Source: Flaviaestuariibacter sp. (GTDB lineage Bacteria > Bacteroidota > Bacteroidia > Chitinophagales > Chitinophagaceae). From it: a stretch of DNA of 64,000 bases. The stretch spans positions 137,827 to 201,826 of the forward strand of contig JAOQAI010000015.1 of assembly GCA_025963645.1 (NCBI GenBank). Reading direction: 5' to 3'. Positions 27,915-38,409 of this stretch are shown one piece after another (the stretch's first letter is position 1; each line of letters begins with the position of its first letter). A model generated the notes under the pieces. That model saw nothing but the letters and a program-made list of their open reading frames with translations, was not told the origin of the DNA and searched no databases. Both the position numbers and the translations under genes were made by a program.

Positions 27915-30362
27915 TCACCCTTTTTTAATTCGGTCTTGCTCTTCTCCTGCACCCCCCTTGGTTCTACCTTCCAGTATTTTTAATGTACTTCCCAGGCGGT
28001 AGGTGAAGGTTAGTGTGGCAGTTCTTTGAAAATTATTGTTTACAATTTTAGCATCTATGTCCTTGTGTCTAACCAGTCCTGAAAATTTTTGAGAATTAAA
28101 AATATCCCGAATACCCAGCTTTAAAGCAGCCTTCCTTTTCAGGAGCTCTTTTTGTACGCCGGTGCTTACTACCCAGGCAGGTTCACTGATAACCTGCCCC
28201 TCAATTCCTTTGGATCGGTACCAACCATTAAGATCAGCGCTCCATCCTTTTTTAAACTTAAACTGGTTGCTCATATTTGTCATCAAAGCCGTGCTGCTTA
28301 TATTCAGTGCACTTCCATCAATACTGCCAATGAATTTATTATGTGCAAAACTTGCATAAACATTACAGTTCCATGTCCTACTAAGAGGGATAGTTGCACC
28401 TATAGAAAATCCAATTTCTTCTCTTGCAGCTATGTTATCATGGGTGATAATAAATTTTCGTTCACCAGTGTTCTGTTTGAAAACCTCAGCAAACAAATCG
28501 CTTGTTTTACTGTAGTTTACCGTAGTGGTTAAAATCTTTTTGTAGCTATGGAAAATTTCGATAGCGCTGGTGTATTGGGGTTTTAATTGTGTATTGCCAA
28601 TACGATAGGTATAATCATCAAGGAAATAATAGAAAGGGTTTAAGGACTGATAAGCAGGACGGCCAATCCTTCTTCCGAAGTTAAATGAAAAAGTATTATC
28701 ATCATTAGCATGGTAGCTTATAAAGACGGTGGGAAAAACTCCATTATAACTTCTCATAAAAGTTGAATCCTGATTCACTCCATTACCTGACTGATGGCCG
28801 GAAGCAGTCGTAGCCTCTACACGGATCCCTGTCTGGAACTCCCATTTTTTTCGCTGCATGGTATAGTTGATATACGCAGCCTGGATGTATTCCTTATAAC
28901 GAAAGTGGTTTGTCTTTCCATAATCCGGTTCCCACGAATTACTCAAAAAATTATCATACACTGCCTTGTTATCCGTTACTACGTAGCTGGATTTTATACC
29001 CATTTCAAACTTAGCGCCTTTTTGAAGGGGGTGAGTATAATCCACTTTAATCGAATACGCTTTGATACTTGCAGGAAGACTTCCCCTTAACTTGCTCGCG
29101 GGCTTTCTTACACTCTCATCAGCATTGAAGTAATTATTATTAAGCAATTGTTGATCCGCCTGTTTGAAAGCAATGATATCGATGTCAGATGTTAATTCTT
29201 TGCCGGTGCTATCAAAACGATGTTTAAAATTTGTATTAAAACTGGTGTTTTTAAAATGGCCTCTTACCCTGCTAATAGCTTTGAGCGAAGAATCTGTTTG
29301 ACCAAATGGGGTCTGTAATAGGGAAGTATTATCATCAGTGCTTTTGCTTTGCAAAAAGTCGCCATTGAAAACAACTCCGAGCGTAGTATTACCGGCATAA
29401 AAGTCAATTCCCACATTGGCATTTTGAGTGATTGATTTTTTCTTTAGGGAAGATTGCTGATCAAAGATGGTTTCGATTTCATTTGAATTTGCATTCCTGT
29501 AATTTCTAAGAATAGAGAGATCCCGGTATTCTGTTCGATCAGAAAAGGAATAGTTGCCAAATAAATTCAATTTTTCATTTCGGTAGTTCGTATTAATGCT
29601 ATTGTGATAATTCGATGAAATGTTTTGCCCGTAGCTTGTACTCCCGTTCGCATTGAAACCTTTTGTCTTCGTCTTTTTCGTTTTAATATTAATTATTCCG
29701 GAATTCCCGGCAGCATCATACTTTGCCGATGGATTGGTTATGATTTCTATTTGGTCAAGGCCCGAAGCCGGGATACTTTTAAGAAGATCAGTTAATTGAG
29801 GTCCAGACAGATAGGCCACTTTACCATCCATTATGATGTGGACACCAGATTTTCCTTTCAGATTGATATTGCCGTCCTTATCCACTGAAATACCAGGACT
29901 TGCTTCCAGGACGTCCATTGCAGTCCCTCCTGCGTTTAAAATGGAAGCATCAATATTGATTACTGTTTTATCAATCTTTCTTTCAATGAATGGTTTCTTG
30001 CTAACGACGAAAACCTCCCGTAGCGATTTAACTACCGTTGTTAAAAAAAAAGTGCCGAGATCAATATTAAATCCCTCCACTGTTATAGGCGGACTATAGG
30101 TTTTTTTATACCCCAGCGAAGTAGATAATATCCGGTAGGTTCCCTTAGCCACATTTTCTAGAAAAAAATTTCCTTCCCTGTCAGTAGAGGTAGCTTTTAC
30201 CAGAAATGAATCTTTCACCCTCACAATCGCTATAGTAGCGCCATCAATATCTTTTCCGGAGACGTCCTCTTTTACATTTCCTTTGATACTCGAAAGAACC
30301 TGTGCAAATCCTGTGAGTTGCAACAAAAGAAGAGCAAACAGGCCTGTAAGCGTTAGTTTCAT
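27915..30362 (-). CDS. TonB-dependent-receptor-like outer membrane beta-barrel protein
   Basis: Signal peptide from ATG 30362, carboxypeptidase-regulatory-like N-domain, plug motif IEIITNPSAKYDAAG.GIINI, barrel strands. Confidence 0.92.
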   Translation of the reverse strand: MKLTLTGLFALLLLQLTGFAQVLSSIKGNVKEDVSGKDIDGATIAIVRVKDSFLVKATSTDREGNFFLENVAKGTYRILSTSLGYKKTYSPPITVEGFNIDLGTFFLTTVVKSLREVFVVSKKPFIERKIDKTVINIDASILNAGGTAMDVLEASPGISVDKDGNINLKGKSGVHIIMDGKVAYLSGPQLTDLLKSIPASGLDQIEIITNPSAKYDAAGNSGIINIKTKKTKTKGFNANGSTSYGQNISSNYHNSINTNYRNEKLNLFGNYSFSDRTEYRDLSILRNYRNANSNEIETIFDQQSSLKKKSITQNANVGIDFYAGNTTLGVVFNGDFLQSKSTDDNTSLLQTPFGQTDSSLKAISRVRGHFKNTSFNTNFKHRFDSTGKELTSDIDIIAFKQADQQLLNNNYFNADESVRKPASKLRGSLPASIKAYSIKVDYTHPLQKGAKFEMGIKSSYVVTDNKAVYDNFLSNSWEPDYGKTNHFRYKEYIQAAYINYTMQRKKWEFQTGIRVEATTASGHQSGNGVNQDSTFMRSYNGVFPTVFISYHANDDNTFSFNFGRRIGRPAYQSLNPFYYFLDDYTYRIGNTQLKPQYTSAIEIFHSYKKILTTTVNYSKTSDLFAEVFKQNTGERKFIITHDNIAAREEIGFSIGATIPLSRTWNCNVYASFAHNKFIGSIDGSALNISSTALMTNMSNQFKFKKGWSADLNGWYRSKGIEGQVISEPAWVVSTGVQKELLKRKAALKLGIRDIFNSQKFSGLVRHKDIDAKIVNNNFQRTATLTFTYRLGSTLKILEGRTKGGAGEEQDRIKKG

Positions 30363-30428
30363 TTGATGTATTGATTTATGTAAATAGGACTTATTATTAT
30401 CCTTATTGCCGTATTGCATTAATGACGG

Positions 30429-31118
30429 CTATAGGTCCGGCTTTTTTCCAAGCGGGTTTTTCTTCCATGGGTTGAAAACAAGTAGACTGAGGCTTAAAGA
30501 CCGGTTATATCTTTCAATCTCCCTTGATATATTGGTTAACCCGTAACCATAGCGAACATCCAGAGCAAATCGGGTCTGCTTAACATCGAAAAGGTACCCT
30601 GCGCCTGCCTGTACACCCGTTTCCAACCTTTTGAATCCATCGGGTGAATTTTTAAATAAAAGTTTAGTTGATTTTTCAGGTATCGCCTGTGTGCCCGCTG
30701 TCTTAACGCGCCCGGCTAACGTGTAAGCAACGTATAGTCCTGAATTGATATATACGCGACCCAACTGAAACCTTGCCAGTACAGGTATTTCTGCCGTATA
30801 TAACCGCAAAGTCGATTTGTTACCCGTGATTGGGTTGTCTCTTTTGAGCGCACCACCTTTCATTATGAAATAGGTTTCTGTTACAAGGGAAAACCTCGGC
30901 GTGATACCTGCCTGCAATGATGCACCCAACTGCAGGCCTGTGATGTTCTTTTTATAGGGCTCCAGCGTACTATTTGCCTTGCCATAGTTTAAGTTCGTAG
31001 TTACCCCATTTACCAGTAGGTTAAGACGGGTTGTTTGTGAAAAGGAGCTAAGGGATAATATAGAAAAAATAAGGGCTATAGCCCCTGGTTTAGTAACTGT
31101 ACTGCATGAAGATCTCAT
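30429..31118 (-). CDS. Porin-family outer membrane beta-barrel (PorT-like)
   Basis: Signal peptide, EIPVLARF, DVRYGYGLTNI. Confidence 0.85.
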   Translation of the reverse strand: MRSSCSTVTKPGAIALIFSILSLSSFSQTTRLNLLVNGVTTNLNYGKANSTLEPYKKNITGLQLGASLQAGITPRFSLVTETYFIMKGGALKRDNPITGNKSTLRLYTAEIPVLARFQLGRVYINSGLYVAYTLAGRVKTAGTQAIPEKSTKLLFKNSPDGFKRLETGVQAGAGYLFDVKQTRFALDVRYGYGLTNISREIERYNRSLSLSLLVFNPWKKNPLGKKPDL

Positions 31119-31180
31119 TGTATTCTTTTTAATGGTTGATTGCTGATTATAGATTTGAAACAGTGCAATGGCCGGTACTT

Positions 31181-31888
31181 TTATTTAGAGAGGTATGTAG
31201 GATTAAACCCTTTGGCAATAAGCCATATCGCTAAAGTCATTTCATAAACAAATACAGGAAGAGCAAACAAAACTCCCCACAGGGATACTTGAGGAAAAAT
31301 GCCAAACATCTCTAAAAGCGAAGCAAGGAAGATTGTAATTGCTCCTGCTAATCCCAGGATCGAAATTTTTGTTGGAATAAGTTGGGTTCGATAAAAAATA
31401 TAACTGTATAAAAATGTGTTAATCCCTAACATAAAGTTTGGACCAAGTATGAACGTCCAGTCGTGCACAGCTTTTAGGACAGATCCATTCGTTTGAAAGG
31501 TGGCAATGTCCGGTGATGGAGCGTTTGTGTATGCCTGGCTTAAAGTAAGTAGTGACAAAACACTCAGTGCTCCAATTAAAATAAGAATAGCTTCAATGAA
31601 TCGAAAGGAGAAATAGGCCAAGGTCAGGCTTTCATTAAATTTTTTCAGCGTAGGAGAAAGCATAATTGCGGTGCCGGCTACAGCAACTACGGAGAGCAAT
31701 TCCAGGAAAGCTCCAAAAAGAATTTGGTTCGCATTCTTTGCACCTTCTAAAAGATAACCAGGGTCGAATAAAATTGGTTGGTAAAAGCTTAATGCAAATA
31801 TGGAAGCCACTGCAGCCACCAAATAAAACCACCCTGCAATACGGGCATTTGCCCTTTCTTTATTTTCTGTTGGATGTATCGGGTTCAT
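31181..31888 (-). CDS. DUF4386-family membrane protein
   Basis: ARIAGWFYL, FRFIEA, YEMTLAIWLIAKGF; start ATG 31888. Confidence 0.85.
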   Translation of the reverse strand: MNPIHPTENKERANARIAGWFYLVAAVASIFALSFYQPILFDPGYLLEGAKNANQILFGAFLELLSVVAVAGTAIMLSPTLKKFNESLTLAYFSFRFIEAILILIGALSVLSLLTLSQAYTNAPSPDIATFQTNGSVLKAVHDWTFILGPNFMLGINTFLYSYIFYRTQLIPTKISILGLAGAITIFLASLLEMFGIFPQVSLWGVLFALPVFVYEMTLAIWLIAKGFNPTYLSK

Positions 31889-32094
31889 TGAATTTACTTT
31901 TTTATGCAAGCAAACCGATCCGGGCAATATTCCCAGAATGGATTGAATGTTTTGTTCGTGATTGCTTTTAACCAGGCGTAACTGACAAAGCAGGAATAGC
32001 TACTAACTGTCGAAATTCAAAAAGCATGTTAAAGTGTTAGGAGGCAGTGGTGGTAATTTTGCTTTATGCGTCAACAAATAATGGCGAACCATTT

Positions 32095-32532
32095 TTAACT
32101 ATTAGCTGTGGTGTTGAAGGCCATACTTTTTATGCGCCTGATATGGGATATTGATTTTTCAATATCAATAAAGAGCCAATAAGTAAGCATTAAGATAATA
32201 AATACGACAACGGCTTTAATACAGTCAGCATAGCTTTGTATGGTATATCCTGATACAAAAGCAAAGATTACGTCAATGGTAAATGCTGCAAATACCCATT
32301 CCCTTAACCTTCGAAACATGGGAACTAAAAACACGGCCGATCCAATGAGTTTGGCCAGACCTAGGGTAGTAATGAAATAGGGAGGATACCCCATTCTTAT
32401 AGTTTTAGGGTAGGTTGCTGGATTTTTAGTAATCTCCATATAACCGCTTAGTATAAAAAAGGCACTGATCAAAACAGTGATTGTCCAAAAAACTATTTTT
32501 TTATGTTTTAAGGTGATTGTGGGAAATGACAT
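32095..32532 (-). CDS. DoxX-like membrane protein
   Basis: MGYPPYF..LGLAKLIG..RLREWVFA; start ATG 32532. Confidence 0.85.
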   Translation of the reverse strand: MSFPTITLKHKKIVFWTITVLISAFFILSGYMEITKNPATYPKTIRMGYPPYFITTLGLAKLIGSAVFLVPMFRRLREWVFAAFTIDVIFAFVSGYTIQSYADCIKAVVVFIILMLTYWLFIDIEKSISHIRRIKSMAFNTTANS

Positions 32533-32611
32533 AATGGATAATTGTTTATTTGTTAAGAAGGCAAAACTCACCTTCATTTCAAATAAAAAAATTACCAATT
32601 GGTAAAAAATA

Positions 32612-33187
32612 CTAGGACTGTGCTTTGATCCTGCTTAACGATTGTTCAGTAATGCCAAGGTAAGAAGCTACTATTTTGTTTGATATAGTTAAAACCATAT
32701 CTGAGCTGTTTAATAGGAGATTTTGATATCTTTCCTTTGCATTTAAGCTTATCAAGGTTTCAACTCGTGTTGCATAAACGAGCGCTATTTTTTCTAAAGA
32801 CAACATGTATCCCTTTCTAAAACTTGGGATGCTCTCAACAAGAAAATTAAATTTTTCTTTTGTAAAAACCAGTAGCTCCGAATCTGCCAGTGCTTCAATG
32901 TATTCATGAATAGGGAGATCATTTAAAAAATTGATTGCCCAGCAGTAACTATTTTCAAATGAAATACTCCGTGTACATTCCTTGCTGTTTTTATCGAGAT
33001 AGTATGTACGAATACACCCCTTATTTACAAAATATAACTCCTTAACCATGGAGCCGGCATGTTTAAAAATAGTATTCTTACTAACCTTTTTGACAGAAAT
33101 GTTTCTAATAATTATATCTATCTCCCGCTGTTCGAAAGGAACAATGGATTGGAGTATATTAATATAGTTTGCAAATACTGTTTCCAC
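32612..33187 (-). CDS. Crp/Fnr-family transcriptional regulator
   Basis: LYFVNKGCIRTY, AKERY, VASYLGITEQSLSRI. Confidence 0.93.
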   Translation of the reverse strand: METVFANYINILQSIVPFEQREIDIIIRNISVKKVSKNTIFKHAGSMVKELYFVNKGCIRTYYLDKNSKECTRSISFENSYCWAINFLNDLPIHEYIEALADSELLVFTKEKFNFLVESIPSFRKGYMLSLEKIALVYATRVETLISLNAKERYQNLLLNSSDMVLTISNKIVASYLGITEQSLSRIKAQS

Positions 33188-33414
33188 TCAAATTGATTGA
33201 ATTAGAATGCGATAATATTTCCCGTGTCAACGTAAAAGTTAATTTCTCCCTTACACAAATTAGCCATTCCAAATTTTATGATTCTAAATTAAGCATTATG
33301 GTCCAATTGGCTTAGCTTATCGAAAAAGTGTAACTGATGGAAAATATTTCGGAGTGAAGGCATGAACTAGTATTTTACTAAAATATATTGCCTGTTACCT
33401 TAGTCTTTCCCCAC

Positions 33415-33489
33415 CTGGCATGGCAAGTCGAGTTTATCTGTTTCAGGTAATCGAGAAGGGCACACTCCGTGAATCGCATTTTTCAATTT
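33415..33489 (+). repeat. Dispersed degenerate intergenic repeat, copy B
   Basis: gtttatctgtttcaggtaatcgagaagggcacactccgtgaatcgcatttttcaattt. Confidence 0.75.
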
Positions 33490-33614
33490 GATACTTTTTG
33501 AAACCCGGAGATAGAAATTTGGCAATTTGTTGCGCAACGTAAGGTCTAGTTTCTATAGCATTCTGTATATGAGTCGTGGGTAGTAAAATAAATTTAGTAG
33601 ACCATTTAAAAGTC

Positions 33615-34055
33615 ATGAATCAAAATAAGGCATCAACCCGTCTTGCTTATGCTGAAGATATTCCACCCCTTTCGGAACTAATGACAGCACTTGGTTATTC
33701 AACTACTGAGGCTATGCGCGGTCGTTTTTCTGTTTTAGACAGATATTCAAATTACCGCCTATTTGTAGCTGAATTAAACAGTGAAATTGTTAGAAGGGCA
33801 GGATCCCTTAAAAGTTATTATTTTGAAAGACCGGGATGTTATATAAGGCTCAGTGCCCTGATTGTTCAAGAAGGGTGCCGGCGAAGGGGGGTAGGTAAGG
33901 CGCTTGTGATGGCTGTTGAAGACTGGGGTAAGTCAGTAGAGGCAAAGGCAGTTATACTAAATTGCGGTAACCGGGAGGAAAGAGAAGCTGCGCATTTATT
34001 TTATAAGCAATAAAGCTATGAGCCAAAATCAACCGGCTACTTTAAAAGCATTTAA
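33615..34055 (+). pseudogene. GNAT acetyltransferase with premature stop
   Basis: RRRGVGKALV motif A; AHLFYKQ*SYEPKSTGYFKSI* continues in frame past TAA 34011-34013. Confidence 0.75.
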
Positions 34056-34184
34056 TAGCACTCTTACCTTAAAGGAAATGAGCAAATTCTTAACCACCAG
34101 TTTTCTTGGCAATAATAGTTGGATTTTTAGCTTTAAAAAGGCTGTAAAAATTAGTTCCTACGCAGTAATACAAAGCATGGATTT

Positions 34185-34784
34185 TTACTTTCCCCTTTCT
34201 GCCTTATAGCCTGATCCATCACTCGCCATTAGGGTTAGTATGGTGCCGCCATCGCTCAGTGAGGTAGTATATACTTTTGGTGCGCTGCCTTTTTGCAAAA
34301 GGGTGAGCTTATTGCCTGTCAGTTTATATGTACCTACTGTTCGCATATTATTGCTCCCGCCCAACCAGGTGTTGATCACATACGTGCCATCCGCTTTCAG
34401 ATCCAGTCCACTTTGCCGGTTTCGCAGTTCATCCCGAGTACCATTCTTATACAGAAGCGTCGTAAACCACCAGCTGCCCCTAAGTCCCGAAGAGGATGCT
34501 GCCGCACCTGTAGCTTTCGTGGCTACCTTCGGTTTCTGCGTAGTAATACCTGTACTAACGCCTTTACCTGCTGTAAATTCCTCTTTTGTAACCTCGTTGT
34601 CACCATTCGTGTCATAGCTTTTGCAACCACAAGCTTCTATTTCTTTACCTGAGAGCCACCCGCTTTGATTGCTGTCAAGTCTTTTAAACATTTGCTCGGT
34701 AAATGTTGTTTTTTGCGAGATGCTGCTAAGTGATAGGCATAGCAAAGGAGCGATGGAAAGGCGTAAGTTGATTCGAAGTTGCAT
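34185..34784 (-). CDS. Secreted protein with EF-hand pair and lipocalin-like C-domain
   Basis: DSNQSGWLSGKE and DTNGDNEVTKEE loops; LRGSWW..LKADGTY..GTYKLTGNKLTL; start ATG 34784 or 34820. Confidence 0.75.
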   Translation of the reverse strand: MQLRINLRLSIAPLLCLSLSSISQKTTFTEQMFKRLDSNQSGWLSGKEIEACGCKSYDTNGDNEVTKEEFTAGKGVSTGITTQKPKVATKATGAAASSSGLRGSWWFTTLLYKNGTRDELRNRQSGLDLKADGTYVINTWLGGSNNMRTVGTYKLTGNKLTLLQKGSAPKVYTTSLSDGGTILTLMASDGSGYKAERGK

Positions 34785-34822
34785 GATCAATAAGTTTTTA
34801 GTAGTAGGAAAAAAATCCAATC

Positions 34823-35578
34823 TTACAGAGAATAGCCTCCGCCGGTTGTGCTATTGAAAAAAGCATTGAACCAGCCATTAGGCGTCGGATTGGTTTGTTT
34901 CCAAGGCATGTCCTTTACACCATAACCTTCAAGGATAAGATAGGTATGATCCAGGCAGTTATTGGATATACCTTGAAATCCGGCCATCATAGTGCGCTGA
35001 GCCCGGGCTTTAGCAGAAGAAATACTTGGATTCTTTACCGTTACCCTTTTATAAGCACTATAACCCAGGTTTTTCATCTTGGCGAGCATCTGCGCTTCTC
35101 CCAGAAACATTTCGCCCCAAAAGTCATTGTCTTGCCCCGCCAGTCGGATATAAGTTCTAACGATGCCTTTTGTATTGGCTTCCGTTGAACCGGCATAGTA
35201 GCTGCCATCGGTGAGTTGAAAGCCCCAGCCGATATGTCCTAAGCCAACTACATTTTGTGGTTTAATGAAAACATATGCTTGGCCAGAGGAGCGGGGCTGG
35301 ATAAACTTTTGGGTGATCGCCCACTCCAGTTCCTTTTTATCCTTCCACCTGCCTCCATTCCAAAGCAGGATATTGCAATAGCCTTCTGCCGTACCGCCGA
35401 GCGTTGCAGGACAGGTGCCCCAGACGTTATAGAATACTTCGCCTACCCAAGGGTCCTGGCAAGGCTGGCAATCCCTCACATAACTTTTTTGATGGTTGCC
35501 TTGGAAGTAGGGCTGTTGTTGTGCCGAGGCGATATAAAATGTGAATACAATGAGTAGTAAACAAAGAATGCGTTTCAT
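34823..35578 (-). CDS. Secreted hypothetical protein, possible permuted papain-like (His..Cys) domain
   Basis: Signal peptide ASA-Q; LGHIGWG..NNCLDHT..L, TPNGWF. Confidence 0.6.
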   Translation of the reverse strand: MKRILCLLLIVFTFYIASAQQQPYFQGNHQKSYVRDCQPCQDPWVGEVFYNVWGTCPATLGGTAEGYCNILLWNGGRWKDKKELEWAITQKFIQPRSSGQAYVFIKPQNVVGLGHIGWGFQLTDGSYYAGSTEANTKGIVRTYIRLAGQDNDFWGEMFLGEAQMLAKMKNLGYSAYKRVTVKNPSISSAKARAQRTMMAGFQGISNNCLDHTYLILEGYGVKDMPWKQTNPTPNGWFNAFFNSTTGGGYSL

Positions 35579-35722
35579 AATGCAGCAGTTTGTGCAGGTA
35601 AGATCGGATAATTAATCCGGTATGATTTTTTATTTTAAAGCGTCTCTAAACGATTGCACACTTTTCTCAACATCAAAACAAACAATTATGGTATTTGGTT
35701 TGGGTTATTTCCCAATATTGAG

Positions 35723-35790
35723 GGCAACAGGAATTTATCTTTTTCCAGAATCGGAACAATACACTGCGATATATCTCACTCTTTCAATTT
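35723..35790 (+). repeat. Dispersed degenerate intergenic repeat, copy D
   Basis: atttatctttttccagaatcggaacaatacactgcgatatatctcactctttcaattt. Confidence 0.6.
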
Positions 35791-35938
35791 TTTCCATTGT
35801 GAAATTAAATGTTTAAACTAGGGAAAATGAATAAGGCGATACATTGTACATAATAAAATTTTTAATTTTCGATTACCTCTTACAATTGGTAACTAGCTTT
35901 TTAGCAATCAGACTATGCCGACTGACCTATTACTATCA

Positions 35939-37369
35939 TCAAACCAAGACTGATAATCTACCGAGTGTTTCTAAGGCATGTTCTACCTTATCGTTCCAGA
36001 TTAATCCATAACTCAAACGCATGCAATTTTCGAATTGATTTTTCAAAGTAAACATCTTGCCTGGGGCTATATTGATTTTATTCTTCAAAGCTTTTTTATA
36101 AAGTTCCGTAGTACTTATATTTTTTGGAAATTCTACCCATAAAACTAGTCCTCCTTGTGGCCTACTTACCGATGTGCCAGGAGGAAAATATTTACCAATT
36201 GCTTTGAGATACTGAAACAAATTAGCTTGTAAAGTTTGCCGTAACTTCATTAAATGATTTTCATACCGGCCACTTTCCAAAAAGTGAGCAATTACTTGGT
36301 GGGTAAGCGTTGTACTTGACATAGAGTGATTTAGCTTGAGTTGCAATATCTTTTCCTTGTATATCCCAGGCGCCACCCACCCAACTCTATAACCAGGCGC
36401 CAGTGTTTTTGAAATTGAACTACACCATAAAACATTTCCACTTTCATCATAGGTCTTACATGATTTCGGACGTTCCGAGCCAAAATAGATGTCCCCATAC
36501 AAATCATCCTCAATAATTGACACACCGTATCTTTCTGCCAGGGTTACCACTTCCTTTTTATTTTCATCCGGCATACAACTACCAATTGGATTACTGAAGT
36601 TGGAAATGAGAATGCAGGCTTGTATCTTACCTTTTTTTAAAAGTTGTTTAAACGCATCCATTTCAATTCCAGTTTGTGGATTTGTGGGCACTTCTATAAT
36701 AGTTAGTCCTAAACTTTTAGCCAGTTGAAGTATTCCAAAAAAAACAGGGCTTTCAACCGCTATTGTGTCTCCTCTTTTGGTAACCGAAATAAGGCTAAAA
36801 AGTAATGCATTCGAGCAACCGGCAGTAGAAATGATATCATCAGGTTTTATCTTTGCTTGCATAGCGTAAGCATGTCTCGCAATCTGTCTTCTTAGGCTCT
36901 CATTACCCTGTATCAAATCATATTCGGTACCGCCTCCCTTAATCACTCTCATCGCATTAATAATGCCTTTATTCAGCTTTGCAATGGGAAGTATTTCTTG
37001 GCTGGGTATGCTTTGTGATAAGTTAACTACATCATCACCAAGCACCCTATTGTATACACTCTGTATTAATACATCCACGTCATTGTTATTGCCCAAAATG
37101 AAGGGTTTACTTGAATGAGGAAGAGGTGGAAATTTATGAACTGAGAAGCAAACAAAGTATCCGGATTTGGGTTTAGATGAGATTAATGCCTTTTTCTCCA
37201 ATTGTAAATAAGCTTGTATGGCTGTACTTTGACTAACGCCAAACTCTTTGCAGATTGTTCGAAGCGAAGGCAATTTGTCTCCGACTTTCAATACATCATT
37301 TTGTATTTGGGATTCAATACTTTCTGCGATCTGGGTGTATAGAAAAGGATCATGCGGAGCTTTTTTCAT
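35939..37369 (-). CDS. MocR/GabR-type GntR regulator (wHTH + PLP aminotransferase domain)
   Basis: KLPSLR..GVSQST, NFSNPIG, IEDDLYG, SISKTLAPGYRVGW. Confidence 0.95.
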   Translation of the reverse strand: MKKAPHDPFLYTQIAESIESQIQNDVLKVGDKLPSLRTICKEFGVSQSTAIQAYLQLEKKALISSKPKSGYFVCFSVHKFPPLPHSSKPFILGNNNDVDVLIQSVYNRVLGDDVVNLSQSIPSQEILPIAKLNKGIINAMRVIKGGGTEYDLIQGNESLRRQIARHAYAMQAKIKPDDIISTAGCSNALLFSLISVTKRGDTIAVESPVFFGILQLAKSLGLTIIEVPTNPQTGIEMDAFKQLLKKGKIQACILISNFSNPIGSCMPDENKKEVVTLAERYGVSIIEDDLYGDIYFGSERPKSCKTYDESGNVLWCSSISKTLAPGYRVGWVAPGIYKEKILQLKLNHSMSSTTLTHQVIAHFLESGRYENHLMKLRQTLQANLFQYLKAIGKYFPPGTSVSRPQGGLVLWVEFPKNISTTELYKKALKNKINIAPGKMFTLKNQFENCMRLSYGLIWNDKVEHALETLGRLSVLV

Positions 37370-37559
37370 ATAATCTGCTATGGTACATATTCAATAATCT
37401 GCATCTGTACTTGTAAATGAAAATAATGCAATTTTGTGCAGAGACATACAAACAGGTTTCTTATTATTATAAAGTTGGGTTGCAGTAAACATGTTTGAAT
37501 ACCACACAAACGCTATTGATGTTGCGTAATTAAAAAATCAGTATAAAAAATAATCTATT

Positions 37560-38147
37560 ATGAAATCCATCAAAAAGTTATTCTTTTTTGCCTGTTTTCT
37601 ATTGGCATCTTATACAAGCTTATTAGCCCAGAACAGTAAGGTTAAAACAAAGCCAGCAAAATTTCTAATTACTGGCGCTTTAGAGCTTGGAGGTGATGAG
37701 ATAGCCGAAGTTTATTTCACTAATGGTGAAAGGCAAGGAGTAAGGGCAGGACAAGGAGGTTCAGTAGGGTTTGGAGGCCAGTTCCAAATCTCAGGAGCGG
37801 AGAAATTTTTATTGCGATCAACCGTTGGGATAAAATATGTTACCACAGCAGCAGACAATGTTCATATACGGTTAACACGTATACCAATTGTACTGAGTGG
37901 AAATTACATGGCAACAACCAAACTGCGGATAAGTGCAGGCTTATCCATGCATCGAAACATACAATTTAATACAGGTGGTCTTGGTGGAGACGCAAAGTTC
38001 AAAGCGGCTAGTGGTCCCATATTCGAGATTGCATATACTGGCATTGGTCTCTCCTATACTGCAATGAAATATAAAGACGAGTCGAACCATAGCTATTCGG
38101 CTAATGCAATTGGTTTGACATTTTCTATTGCCTTGCCACGTAAGTAA
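37560..38147 (+). CDS. Secreted outer-membrane beta-barrel-like protein
   Basis: Signal peptide LLA-Q; Gly-rich amphipathic strands. Confidence 0.7.
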   Translation: MKSIKKLFFFACFLLASYTSLLAQNSKVKTKPAKFLITGALELGGDEIAEVYFTNGERQGVRAGQGGSVGFGGQFQISGAEKFLLRSTVGIKYVTTAADNVHIRLTRIPIVLSGNYMATTKLRISAGLSMHRNIQFNTGGLGGDAKFKAASGPIFEIAYTGIGLSYTAMKYKDESNHSYSANAIGLTFSIALPRK

Positions 38148-38409
38148 TTATGAAGTTCATTAAATTCATACATTTCAATGCAGCGGCTAATGCTTTTTAC
38201 TATAGTGGTATTTTCTTCAATTGTTAGCAGGTCAGCTGAATTGTTGAATGGATATATAGTCATGACTAACAATGATACCGTAAAGTGTGATATCAGGTCT
38301 GATGATTTTTTAGGAGTCAGAATAACTGCTATAAACCTTTATATGGATTCTATAAAGTAATATCTGATAGCTTAGAAGTAACCCATCAAAATCCTGATAA
38401 GAAGAGCAA

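Noticed and set aside
38178-38360. 60-aa ORF with signal-like start and GYIVMTNNDTVKC
   Set aside because: Probably a truncated remnant of a secreted protein, too short to assign
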